Shown in pieces: positions 13,801 to 27,210 of a stretch of DNA of 64,000 nt (the stretch's first letter is position 1; every line of letters begins with the position of its first letter). The notes under the pieces were generated by a model, which was given only the letters and a program-made list of their open reading frames with translations, made no database searches and was not told the origin of the DNA. Position numbers and translations under genes: made by a program. Source of the stretch: Glycera tridactyla (lineage: Eukaryota); NCBI GenBank assembly GCA_965644265.1, contig OZ286460.1, positions 12,958,001 to 13,022,000 of the forward strand. Reading direction: 5' to 3'.

Positions 13801-16800
13801 TTCCTTGTGGGCACCCACTATCGACGAGTTACTGACGAGTTCTTCATTTCGTTTTGGAGGTTTTTCAACAATCCAACAATCCAAGATACCCATAAATATC
13901 CCCAAAGTCTATCAAAACAAAGTATCAATGAATTAAGAAATTGTCAGAAAATGCATTCTCTCATTTTGGTTCACATGTTTAAGCTAAAAAGTGGAATATT
14001 CATTGAAATTTTCCAGTTTCGGTAATAGCACATCTTGTGAATGTTCCTGAATGTTAATAGGAAGGAATTACAGTGCTCATCAGGAATTCTGGGGTGATGT
14101 GTTGAGACTGCACATGGGTAAGTCCCACTCCCAGGAGGGATGAATTCCAGGGCCCAGCAGGACAGGCAGAAGAAGAAAGTAATATTAAATCATGCAGGTA
14201 GTTGAGTTGCTAATAGCATGATGGTTTATTCATAAGATAACAGAAAAACACCGCCTTCTAAAGAATATGTTACACAGAATAATTTCCCGATTATCATATG
14301 AAACAGGCTTCACTCCATGGCAAACACACCTCCAGGGGGAAAAATGAGTGTGCACAAATTCATTAGGCTGTGCCACCTTTCTTTTGTGGCGTTCATTAAT
14401 TTGTGAAAGTTTATCGTTTATCCAATTATTGGTTTTATGCATTCTAAATTAGGTAACATTGTGCTGAGTAATTGCCCACAGACGGTGGAAACAAAACGGT
14501 AACAATGGATAGGCCGAGAGACGTACCTACGTGTATTGACTCTCACCTACAGATGCTGACAAAAAAGCTCACGTGTTGCACACACACTCAGAACTTTAAT
14601 TTTTTTCAATCCGTTCCTTGTTCAGGCCAGATTGCTCATACTAAGCTAATCAATCAACTCACAGTTCATAGAGGTGTGATATGAACTGATCAGGGGATGT
14701 ATATCTGATGAAAAGCCTCGTGCAAGTTTCTATCCTCGATATAAACCACAAGTAATGATCAGAATCTGTGAAAGCCACTACATCTGCGATGGATTTTGTT
14801 GGAGTTGAGCTTCATGTGGAGATAGGATAAATAAACTACAACGTTTGCCTATGTGTTTGTAATCGTTTGATACCTAGATCACTTTTTCTACAACTGCATA
14901 ACCATTGCCATTACTCTACTACTTTTACCCCTCACTAACCCAAAACTCATATCAACAAGAAAGTGGACTCTTCTCCAGATCTGACGGCCATGTTGATCGA
15001 GGCAAATAAGTCACTGGACGACATCATTCATAAACTCATGATAAATGCAAAAGAATGTCAATCTTGTTATTAATGAGTTGAGTGTCGCCCAGGGGCACAG
15101 TAACAACAGAATAGTAATTGTGTTGTTTCAGCGACGAACTTCTATCAAACCAGGATACATATTTACCTACTTCAATTCCATATCCCTGTTTTAGCCGCAT
15201 ATGCTCATACGAGAGACAAACAAGCTTTGGATAAATTTCTCCAATAGTAATTAGCATCACAGTTGCTCGGCCAGAGTACCGACAAACACCGTGTTTGGCT
15301 GATGAGGTTCTCCTCTTTTCATCGCACCTTTTTGAACATGGATAATGAAATCACCTAAAAGAACCAAACAATCGCCACATCAAAATTGACCACTACGTTT
15401 TATCATTACATCCAGAGGTAATGCTGCACCACAAACAAAAATGAAGATACTTTCAAAATTACAGCCGGTATCCTTTGTTACTATGGTTATGAGCAATAAC
15501 CATGGTTACCAATCATCATGATGTGGTAATCACCTACCCTATTGACACTGACTGCCAATAAATTTCAAAATAATTTACAGAAAAGTGTGGAAATTGGTTC
15601 TCACTTTTCAGAGTCTATCAAGTAGATTCACTGAAATTAGATGAATTATATGGCAACCAAACTGCAGCTCAAGCTGTTCTTTTAACTGTTAATAGGGATG
15701 CAACATTTGTTTTAGATCCAGAATACTCAGCAACAGGTTAACAGATGAGCTAAGTCACAGGTTGCATGATATAATTACTACACCTTATTATTTCATATCG
15801 ATCTTCAACCAGCACTTTATTATGACAACTCCTACATCCAATATAAGGTTCTATTGTCTCTTTCATCATCAATGGCAACACATGGTAATGGCAATAATCT
15901 CCAACCTGCTTGCACTCATTTGCTATCTGACGTCCTTCATCTAAACTCTTCCCTCACCTAACCTGAAGAATTATCCCTGTGAGCTTTATTTAGGTTTGCC
16001 TGAACTTCAGCACTAACCAAAAAGCTCATGTAAAACTAATCAGAAAAATATAATTGCATGCTGTGATAATCATCATGTATGAAATATTCAAGTAAGAGAA
16101 ACTCTTATTTTGGAAATGCTGCATTTTACTTTGAACAGCATTGAGGATGGATCAAAGATGGTCGATGAATTATTCTTGGGTTATTTTATCTTCTGTATTG
16201 AAGTTTGTGGGTTCGATCCAAATGTCAATTCATTATTCAGAATCATGTTCACATATGTACACATTTCACAATTTTTTAGAAAGTGCGCCATAGCACACCT
16301 TCGCAGGTGGGGGACGATGTGAGTCTGTTCTTAGAAAACTCTCGGATGCTGGTGAACATTACCTGGGAAGGGACAAGGTGCATGTACAGCTGTGGTGAGT
16401 GTATAGACACAGAAAAAACAGTCAAACACGAGGTTCTGACAAACTATGTTGGTTTACAGTTCCAGCCTTCTGTTTGGACAGATGGAGAAGTGAGAAAGTC
16501 ACCAGGCTGAAAATGCGTAGGAATCACAACATGAATACATTAGAGATGTCCAAACCCATGTAAACTCATCTCTCCATGATCTGAGGTGATCCGGCTTCAT
16601 ATTTGTCAACTAGCTATCAGTGGTCAGTATAGTCACTTGTGAGAAATCCAATGGAATGGTATTTCAGAAAATTATTGACCACACTCGAATCTTATGATTA
16701 TAATTATATGGGAAAACAACCACTGAAATGAAAATTTGTCCTGTGGAAATGGATGATGAAATTCATGGTTGACTATTCTGATGTTTCAATACCGGTACTT

Positions 16801-19110
16801 TCTCCCCAAAACCCAGAATTGAGAAAGGCTTTGTGCTAGTTCTATCAGCAGATAGATAATTTCTATTTCAAATACTGGCTATGAAGTCTCTGGTCAAAAT
16901 AGATGACAATGGAAATATCTACCTTGGGGGGGGGGGGGGGATTGCTGAGTAGCATTAAGATAGGTAATTACTATCTTCAATGTTGACAACAAAGCCTTGG
17001 TGGTGACTCTATCTTACATTATCTGAGTGCAACAGACGGACTAGAGATTCTTACATAAGATGAGAGAAGTGTCAGATTAGAGGTGTAAGACCCTAGACAA
17101 ACACACACCTCAAGAGGTGGTGGCCTCCTCCACCCCATACACAAGGAGCTGAGAGCATCCCAGATGGCAGGACCTGTCTCAAGGGAGTGCCGCTCTATCC
17201 CCCCCCCCCCCCAACACAGCTAAAAACCCTTTCTTCTAAATATCTAATCCCCATGCGCAAAATTACTAGATAATTTTTCTGGAAGCTTCTCTCTTACCTC
17301 CGTTTTATCTTGCCTTTCTTCTGCTGGAATATTTCACCAATTTCCGTACTTCAATTCCAGGTTGGGATTCCTCATTCTAATCTACACTTTAAATCACATT
17401 TCATAAAGAAACTTTTAAACACTGAAGATTCCATACTGCAGTGATCTAAGTGATGCTCTATCATCAGGACAATTTAGAGAATGTCATGACACAGTGATGG
17501 GAACACTCCTGTAACTATTCACATGATAAACGTTAGCAACACTGAAATGCAAACTTTTGTGGAATTGCTGAGGTGTAGACATGAAAGAGTCTGAAACCAT
17601 TTCTTCCAGATGACGCTACCATTGTTTCTAAAGCTGCTGTGGAGTTCTGCAGCCAAGCTGCCCTCGTGCTTGAGTGCTCACAGCGTTTCATTGTTGTCTC
17701 ACATCACTGACCCCTGAGGCAATTAGCACAGATGACTTCTGACACCTTTTTGAAAAAAAGTATCCTCGTGTTTCTTTGCTCGCTGCATGACAGTTTTGCA
17801 GCAAATTTGCCTTATGCTTCATTTCTCACTCTAGTACAAGTATAAACATGATATCTACAATGTATCTAAATATTCATCCATATCAGATACTGAACATATG
17901 TATACAACCATGTCTCCTTGACATAACATATACTTTTCTTCTTTCTTTCTTCCTTTCTTTCTCTCTTCACTTTCCTACATCCAGAGATTCTGATGATGGT
18001 TTTGAGTTTGCAGACTAGAATGTAGATCGTGGCTCATCACCTACTATCCCCCCAGAGGCCACTTATGACTTTTCAGTAAAAAATATATCATCAAAGTATC
18101 ACCTGATACTGCAATTGTTCATGATTCCTGTGTTCGAAGTTTACAAAATGGTCTAGACTACGGGGCAAATGCAGGAAACAGCAGGCTGTGCATCTTGTTG
18201 AGAGGAATCGAGGCAAAGAAGTGGGTTGTAATTCTAGGGACATCGCCACACGCCAGGCTGTCACTATGGTGGGAAATAGGAGAAATAATGGGACTCAATT
18301 TACTATATTTATGATTTGACCTCTATTATTTGTTTGGTTCTGCATCAGTTATTTTGTAGTATATCGCTTGTCCAGCATCCGTCTTTGTTCCTGCGGCAAC
18401 AGGAGATGGCAGGCATGACGGGTTGAGCATATCTGGTTGGCAATCAGTCGCCAGTCGAGCGTGAACCTTCTTCGCTCTGATTGCCCACCACAAACAGACC
18501 TGTATGAGGGATGCCAGCCAATGAGACGGGTTCCCCGTGCCAGCCACGCGACACAAATCTTACCATCCACGCGACCTTTGTTGAGATGTCCGCCCTCAAT
18601 TCTGGCCTCGTTTTTTCTAAGACATCAAATTTAACCCAGATAAAATCGAGCGTGCAATGTGGCACGTGCCGTCGGCCATTTTAGCTCCCTGAGTGCCAAT
18701 CTGTGACACTTGAGAAAAATTGAGGTTGGTCGGCCGAAACAAAGACTACGCAAATTGCAGTCAGGTCTGACCATCTTCTTGTGGTTTCAAATTTCCCGTG
18801 AAATGAGGTGATACTTGGAATTTCATCCCATTTCATGATTAGCGATCTAAATAAAATGAAAACACTGGGCTCCTCTTACCGATCTGTTATCATCAAGTTG
18901 AGATAATGATGAAGCTGTAGTCAGCAAATAATTGCTGATGTCAGGGTAATTTCCTTAATGTCAGAGAGGATATCAGATGCGAATCTAAGATGGATGCGAA
19001 CACCTCCCAGTAAAACTATAAGGTTTCAACCAATTCCATTATTTTGTGACTCAGGTCATGTGCAGCGATAATGACTTAAATATTCTGCTGTCACCCTGAC
19101 AGGCTTGTGA

Positions 19111-19113
<3 letters not shown>

Positions 19114-19173
<60 letters not shown>
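19114..19173. repeat. (TG)n microsatellite
   Basis: 30 TG units, about 140 nt downstream of the 19312 exon donor. Confidence 0.95.
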
Positions 19174-19174
<1 letters not shown>

Positions 19175-19311
19175 ACGCGCATGTGTGTGTGTATGGGGGG
19201 GTTACCTTGAATATAATGGAGCTGAATACCGACAAGAAAATGATAAACAAGAACAGAGAAGATATATATCAAGAAAACCAGAAAAGAATAAGGAATCATA
19301 GTTGTACATAC

Positions 19312-19456
19312 CTCGATTTGGTTGTTCCTGTTGTAATGAAGGTTGAGCACCCGGTAGATTTCGGAGTCGTTTGTGACGAAGATGTCTTCTGCGTTTTTCA
19401 CACCTTCTGCTATGGCTTGTCTGGCATACTTCTCCATCTGAATGTAGTAAAACTCC
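19312..19456 (-). CDS. pros: prospero/Prox homeo-prospero domain exon (145 nt, [49 protein letters not shown])
   Basis: Matches Prospero [14 protein letters not shown]...[16 protein letters not shown]. Acceptor tgtgtttgcAG|G (AG 19458-19457); AG+G restores the Arg codon with the previous exon. Donor GAG|GTATGT (GT 19311-19310), phase 0. Both junctions sit at the same protein positions as in vertebrate PROX1. Confidence 0.95.
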
Positions 19457-19730
19457 CTGCAAACACACGGATAGCGGGAAAACATGAATATCACATGAAT
19501 ACTGTGGGAAATGTCAGCATTAAAATCCCATGGATGATCCACTTTGTACAAGCTGTGAAAAGAATGAATGCGAACACACACACGCATGCACACCACACAC
19601 ACACACTCACACTTGCATTTACAATATTGATCAAAATACACATTCAATATACATGTTCCCGTTCTTGGAAGCAGAATGAAAGATGTAGCTTCTTTTAATG
19701 AAAGCATCTAAAATTTCTATGATGCTCTTA

Positions 19731-19835
19731 CCGTATTCTCCCTAATTAGCACCCCGGGGCGCTTGATAATTGAGAGAGGGGGGGGGGGGGGGGGGGGGCT
19801 TATGAGGGTGGGGGCGCTAATTAGGGAGAATACGG
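19731..19835. mobile_element. pogo/Tigger-like MITE (CCGTA termini), 105 bp, with internal G21 run
   Basis: Perfect 20-bp TIR CCGTATTCTCCCTAATTAGC / GCTAATTAGGGAGAATACGG; TA on both flanks. Confidence 0.9.
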
Positions 19836-21747
19836 TATATGTAGGGTGGGAAAAGTAGCACATATATACGGCATGAATGTGCTTTATCCCGGTAGCTTTA
19901 AAACAATTTTGAAACTCAATACAAGCCGACAGTCGATTTAGCAGTGGGTGGCTGTTGGCAGAACAGGCAAACAATGGCAGCCTCTTAGCAATATGAATTC
20001 TATTATGCAAAGACAATGTTTGGTAAACTGCTCATCGGCTCTGAATCATCCGCTCGCGAAAACATCTTCATCCACGATAAGTCAGCTAAATCGAAAAATC
20101 GCATGTTGTTTCTATGGCTTAGCCGACTGATTAGCATATCTTTGTTAAGTGGTAATTTACCTAGTTTAGCTAACGCATTTTGCCGGATGTAATCATATAG
20201 GTGCTGTTGTCAGAATTGGAATTAATATGACAAGGCCTTATTTCACTTTTTTTCTCTCGAAGTTCCATTACAATAACTGTGCACCTCTGGTTTACACATC
20301 AACCAATATCCAACATACATATCCTCATTCATATTACTTTCATATGAGGTTGACGTTTCTGAAATTATCTTTGCTATTTTTGAATATATTCTGCTATGTT
20401 AGTATAGGTTTTTCAGGCGTATTTAGATTCATATATTCCGAAAATGACGGAAAGACCTTCTGCTGATGTCACCATCTGCCTGATAAATGAAGGCTACGGG
20501 TGATGCAGCTCAGCATCTTTATCAGTTAATCAACATCTTCTATTCAAAAATTGATATGAGAGATCATCTTCAGCAAATGCTGGCAATAGACTCACTGGAT
20601 TCCCTTATTGTTTCTTAAGTGTATGAGTCAACATGGTTTACAATTTCTATGAATCAGCCAAAAGTGTCGTTCTTTAGCCTGGCACATGCTGCGTTTTCAC
20701 ATTATCTGATTATAATTTAGCGTCTTTGTGTAGTTTAATGCTGACTCCAGCAGGGGGAGGCAACCTGAATGGCCTTCCATGCACCTCAATGAAACAGGAG
20801 ACTATTTCTTATTGACATAAGGGGCACGATGCACATGGCTTATGGCCCAGGTGACTCTTGGCACACAATGCCATCGCAACGTCTTAAATAACATGCAATA
20901 AGATGAGAGAATACCATTGCAAATATTGACACAAAATGATGCATCAGACTTGCAAATAATTTGCAGTTGCGGCGCATGTGATGTACGATGTGATACTCGT
21001 TTTTGTGTGTGCAGGTGACCGTGTCTTCAGTTGGTAGACATTTTAGCCAATTTGCGTGCACCCAAAAGCAGCTAAATACATCATTGAAGCATCAGTTGCC
21101 CAACAGGTGGCCAAATTTTCTACCGACTTTTTTGTTCTTGCTTATACCCATCATTTCAACATGACATTATAGCTTCTGTTGAGGAGGTGACTATTTTAAA
21201 CCATTTGTTGTCTCTTTTCACAAGTATTCAGTTACAGAAAATGGTCCATATCTTTTATACTGAGTTGATTACCCATTATGATTGGTTCTTTCACACTGTT
21301 ATAGCGATATTATCATCCATTCATTGTGTGGATGGATCAAATGAATGCACATATTTTCTGATATATAAGTGACTTTATTTGCATATTAAAGGATCTGATT
21401 AGCATATAAAGAGTTGGCAGGATGCAGATAGTTTTCCCATAGCCTAATGAGATGCCAGGTCAGGTATGTGCCAACGAGGCACGTACGTCTTTCCCTCAGC
21501 ACAAAGGTCGTGGCCGATGTTCATGGCCCGTTATACGACAACGACAACAATATCGCCCGGGGCAATGCTTCGTCTATCTACTTTGGTACCTAACTGTATT
21601 TGAGTGTAGTTGCCCGCAGCCACAACAACCCGGTCCATCGCTGACAAGTGTCACTTTCTGTAAAGCGGCCACCTCTTTGCCTGACAATAAAATGTGATTA
21701 ACCTCTCTCACCGACTCAATATACTCAAACTGTTGCTCCTCAAAATA

Positions 21748-21900
21748 CAGCGAAACCTTTGACGACAGACTACAACAGAGCTCACTAAAGAGCAGTCATT
21801 CAAGACGGGTGGTCTCTCATCAGAGGTATAGTTGACTATTGACTATGTCTGTGAAAATGGGACATCACCTCTATCGAGAGACCATTTTTGGAAGACCCTG
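21748..21900. mobile_element. MITE fragments, CAGT family
   Basis: TA-CAGCGAAACCTTTGA left end, GGTGGTCTCTCATCAGAGGT, and a later GAGAGACCATTTTT. Confidence 0.45.
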
Positions 21901-23299
21901 TTTCATTTCACCAAGTCAAATATACAGTATATCAAATGAGAGACAATCTGTTTTGCAAGACCTAATATATTCATTTCAGCAGCCAATCAAAATGTTGAAT
22001 GAATAAGGAAACATGTCATGTGCAAAAATATCAGGTTAAGATTGATAAAGTACAGGAAGGTTACCTTCATAAAATATATTGGGCCTATTTCACAGGAAGT
22101 GAATGGGCAAATATTCATACACATGATCCAGGTGACATGACCCAGGCACGACCTTGAAATTCAGTGAAACAGCTGTTCAACCAGACCTCATTAAAATCCA
22201 CATGATAGTATAATATTCCCTACAATAGTATGGAATACTCAATGTTCATTCCATATTTGGGCTACTAGAGAGACGCACAATATCTAACAATCACTGAATA
22301 TGCTGTCTTGTGAATTTTTCAAAATTACTCTGATCCCATTCTCAAGGTGATAATGGAAATTTGAAATTTGGAGATTGCCTCATATTGCCACACTATAAAT
22401 GAAGGACTACTCTCAACTGGGATACAGTCACCTGATGTAGTATGGGTAGAATGTGAGAACCCGTCTTGGTAGTTAACGTCACATGCTCTGCACACTAAGC
22501 TAAGCAAATCACCCACATACGATTAATATGGACGAGCCCATCTCTCATCTTGATGTGCTCACGTGCTCACGAGTCCTTTGTACTCCTCATCATATGAGCG
22601 CATCCAGTCACAACAAATAAACTCAAAAGAATCCATCATTTATCATGGAATACTTCACATTTTCATGTATATGTAGGTTCAAATGAACCCCAGATCAAGG
22701 GTCTCTCTTACATAAGACTGGATGTTTTCTGTTCCCTTTTTGAACGCTTTTCTGGTGAATTGGTATTAAAGGTGGCCCCTATAGACTGGTTAGAATCGGT
22801 TCAAGACCACCTACATACAAAGGCCATGCGTCTCCAAAGGCCACCCAGCACTTTCTACAGTACACAACCTCTCTACTAATGCCACCTCTCTATACAGTTC
22901 AATTTCTTATGCAACTAAGGTACAGGTCCAACAGTATGTCAAATTCTAGGTGAATATCCAATGCCAACGTAGACTCGCAGTTTGAGCACATCGCAGGTGT
23001 GTCTATTTGAACGCAGCTCGATAATGGAGCATGTCATCGTAGAGTGAGAAGAACGTTCTCATTCAGCGACAGGAGTGTTTGTGAAAAGTCACAATGGAGA
23101 CGATCGATAATCTTGACAGCTCTATACCTGCACGGCTTCTTGACTAGCGAATAATGGCCGTAAACTGACGACATGGTATGTTTTCATCTCTTACAGGCGG
23201 CTTATATACAGCATGCCACCCTAGACACATCATTGATTGAGAAGAAGCCTACCATGTTAAATAGATGCCATATCTGCCGGCTCTCTCTACTCATCCTTG

Positions 23300-23300
<1 letters not shown>

Positions 23301-23367
<67 letters not shown>

Positions 23368-23390
23368 ATGCACATGCGTGTGCGTGTGTG
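23301..23390. repeat. (TG)n microsatellite, partly compound
   Basis: TG run with one TTTG interruption, then TGCG/TGCA. Confidence 0.95.
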
Positions 23391-26300
23391 TCTATCTCAT
23401 CTTGAATGTGCATTCATGTGTGCACAAGTAGCACTGCGTATTTGCATGTATGCATGAAACAGTTCCCATGCATGTCTGGCTGGCATACTAAATGCGAGAA
23501 TCAAGAAGATATGGATAAAGGCAACTGAAAAACTAAAGCACAGCACTGATGGTGCATGAAAATAAGTCTTCATGTTGGAAATAAATTTCACTGATAATAC
23601 ACTGCCAGCCTAGGTTCTGAGAGTGAAATCTAACCAAGCATTTCATCTTCAGGTTTGCCCCCCCCCCCCTTCTAGTGATATAATTTCATGCCATTATTCA
23701 ATCTATATTTTTTTGTCCAAGTAAATTTAAGTACCTTCAGTTATTACTTCAGGCAAATTACAGCATGGACACCTGCACAATTCCCCTGAGATGCTTTGTG
23801 TCAACACTCAAAAATGTGGCCCTTCAGCGTAATCAAACAACGCTATTTCCTGGTGGTCACATGATGTCTACTCAAGGTTTTCTAAATTAAACAGACCGAG
23901 AACTGATACAGGGCAGGTGACTGGGGTGAACTGAACAAAAGCATTTCTTCAAACATTACATGAGGATATCATAACCGATACATTTACCCATTGAATTGAG
24001 CTGACGAGAATCATGCTTGAAGGGAGAATATGTGTATCACTTGCATTGTTAGTTACACTGAAGAAGAGTGTAAAAAGATATCTCTCAGTCTTTGCTCTGC
24101 AAACATAATTATTTCTACAATTTCTCTCCCACCCATCTCCCGAGTAACAACCCAAGCTTCCCTGGCATTGTTGACACCTGAAATGTATACAGTTTCTGCC
24201 AGGGCGTCATTGACAGGCGTGCCCTGGGGGTAATATTCTCCGACACAATGAAACAGTTGCCAAGACGATGACAAAGAGGCCAGCTGGTGCGGCCAAGATG
24301 CAGTTTCGGGGAAGCCATTGTGGAAGCAAGAAACGTAACTGACATGAAAGCGGCTATTAACGCAGGTTAACCCTTCCCATACCAGAACCTCCGTCAATGG
24401 CGCAAGTGTGAATATTACTATCTATCTATTATACCTTACATGCCACTGCAATACAAGTAGGAATGACATCCATGTCATTCCTACTAATAGTATAAATACA
24501 TTCTTCATAATAATCCTGAATTATTATATACATCAGGTATCAATGGAAAAAAGAATAAAGCAGAGCACAAGTCAATTTACCAGCCTCGCTGTCATCTTTT
24601 GCAGTGACAAAAATAGATATTCGAACTTTTGAAATGTTTCATTTCTAATGTAGATCAGAAGATGTATGGCTCTATGGATATTAAAGAGAGTTGGTGATAA
24701 GGAATGAACTGCAAAATATGTCTACAGCCGAGAAAGTCAGGCCAATATATTTTGAAGACATATGAATAAGGGGACAGTTACTGATGTTGTGCCAATCGAT
24801 AAAACGTTCAAACTCGATAATATGAATTACATTATATAAATTCTCAAGTGGCTATACGGTATTTATCACATATGGTGTTCTCCTGCAGTTACTGATATAA
24901 CACAATAGCTATAATCTAATGAGTGAGTGACAGATTTCACATTTCATCCAAAGTGTCCAAAGAAGCCCCAGCGAGACGACCATAATGCTCGAATTTCCCA
25001 CAACTGTAATAGCTTCTTTTGAGAGCTCGCTGACAAAAGTTGGCAGCTACAATAGAACCACAGAGAGGTGAGAGATAAAAAAGATTAAGGATGTGGGAAA
25101 ATGTCGCAAATGAATGTTGACGTGGCTATGATTTTTTGTAGCATCATAAAAAATGCTACTATTTACATGGCTGCCTAATTGTCAGCTCCAAGAAATCAAA
25201 TTAGCATAACGTAAGCGATATCACCGAAGAAAAAATGTACAGGTGTGGATTCAATGTGAAGCTCGCAAATTTGAATAACCAAATATGGGACAATGCATAT
25301 CATGAACTTCCTTGCTTTATCAGGATTTTTTGTCTGAATTATGTGTTGTATTTGAACCCCCCTTCATGTATGAAATTGGGTATTTCATCTCACCAAAACA
25401 TGCTCATGAATACCATTGGGAACTGACTCTCGTGGTGGGCTTTGAAATATCGAATGCAAAATCATCCATGAAATACTACTCACTCGATTCCAGAATTAGG
25501 AATACTTTCTCGAGTTGTACCATTTTTGACAAGCCAAACAAAAATGAAATTCTGAATATCAATTATATACTCTCAGAAGGTTGTATCGGCAAGTTCTACT
25601 ACAAAATCACATTTTGTTGTATGATATCTAAAATGTCATCCACAGTAATGGTGATCAAGATGGAGGCCTTATGACAGCCAAGATGCAGTGTGAAAGAATA
25701 TGGCTGCATGTTTTCTGATCTCTTGCTGAGTTCGTCCATAAAATAGCTTCCTCAAGACCTGCACTTTCCTTGAGAGTGGGACAAAGCGTGACAATTCATG
25801 TGAGATGGGTCACATGACTGCTCGACGGGTAAACACCACGCAACAATGGGCCACGCAGCATGCGGCCTACCCCTTGTGACAACTTCCCCTGCTAGCTACC
25901 GGTGGGCTTTCACAAAACTAGCGCCACACGATACTTAATCTCCATGACCCTGAGAAAATCCCTCCCCTTCCAACTCCAAACAAATTAGAGCCTACAAAAA
26001 CACAGATGAAATGTGCTTTTTTGAATGTGTTTTTTGAAGTTATCTTTTATTTGAAACTGATCGATTTTAAAGTACGGCAGATGTTTCGGCTGTGAATGTA
26101 TTATAGCGAGTTATCTCACGCCTTCATCTTATGGCTAGACTCACAGCACAGGAAGGCAGCCAGACCCACCGATAAAAATTACTTCTTTTTGAAAACGGAA
26201 TGTCTGGCAGGACAGAAAGAAGCGTGCAGTGTTGCGAGAAGTGAGTCAGTGGATGCCGATCAATCTTAGCATTGCTTTTGACTCTGACATATCTGTAACT

Positions 26301-27030
26301 ATAGATATATCAGTCAACTATACATTGGCCGACAGATGTGACAGTCATATATCGATAATCTTCTCAATACAATCATATGAAAAATAGAATGGTCCCCTAA
26401 CCCAAATCTGATTTGAATAGAACATCTGTCCCAAAAAAAGGACTCCCATGGGAAAGGGGGTTCTCTAGTCGCAGGTTTCTCTATATCACCACTCTGGTTT
26501 CAGCAAGAAAGATAATAAGGATCTTCTTGATAAAGACAAGTAATGGCTTTCGTACCTAATCAGTTTCTAGGTGGTATTGGTGAGCACAGTAAAAAAAAAC
26601 GGGATGAGAAAGACCAATATGAAATTAAATGTGGGGAGAAAAGAGTGACATCCACATGCCAGCTGCAGGAGAACTTGCACGGCTTGGTTGGAGACCCAGT
26701 CAATATTGAACTTGTGAGATAGTGGCCCACTTTGGGGATTTATAGTCGCCTACGTTCAAATGAACAGTGTTCCCGGTGAGTTGCAAGGGGCTGCTTGGGT
26801 TTCCTCATCACTGCCCCAGGTAAATACCCACCATCAGCCGGGAGATGCTCAATTGGCAGGGAAGGAGGCGGGTGGTAATGTGTCAGGGGCAGTCATGTGG
26901 TAAGTCACAAACAATACCCTGCAGGGGGCGCCCCTTCAAGACACCAGCTGTGTCTTCTAGCCAGGCAAACAGTGTCAACTGTGGGAGATCTCCATGAATA
27001 TTTCATACCTGGTGCTACCAGCTGATAATT

Positions 27031-27210
27031 GAGGAAGAAGAAGGAGAAGAAGAAGAAGAATTGGGAGGAGGAGGAGGGGGAGAAGGGGAAGGGAAGGTAG
27101 AGGAACGAGGAGGAGGAGAGAAAGAAGAGGAACAGGGAGAGGGAGAAGAAGACGAAGAAGAATAAGAAGAGAAAGAAGACGAAGAAGGAAAAGAGGAAGA
27201 AGGAGAAGAA
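27031..27210. repeat. polypurine (GAA/GGA)n tract, a polypyrimidine tract on the prospero sense strand
   Basis: 180 nt almost entirely G/A. Confidence 0.95.

Noticed and set aside
16198-16222. GGTTCGATCC B-box-like motif as a tRNA gene
   Set aside because: There is no cloverleaf or A box; at most it is a SINE remnant.
17575-17660. Minus-strand IWKKW as the missing SWKK exon
   Set aside because: The flanking translation (GSVIWKKWFQTLS) shows no EFF, GKD or IYK context.
17930-17984. + strand (CTTT)n tract ending in CCAG as an antisense exon acceptor
   Set aside because: It is a simple repeat with no convincing downstream donor or ORF.
19051-19707. 218-aa and 174-aa (46767-47291) ORFs as stand-alone genes
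   Set aside because: Only the internal 145-nt and 155-nt segments match Prospero and have splice signals; the flanks are intron read-through.
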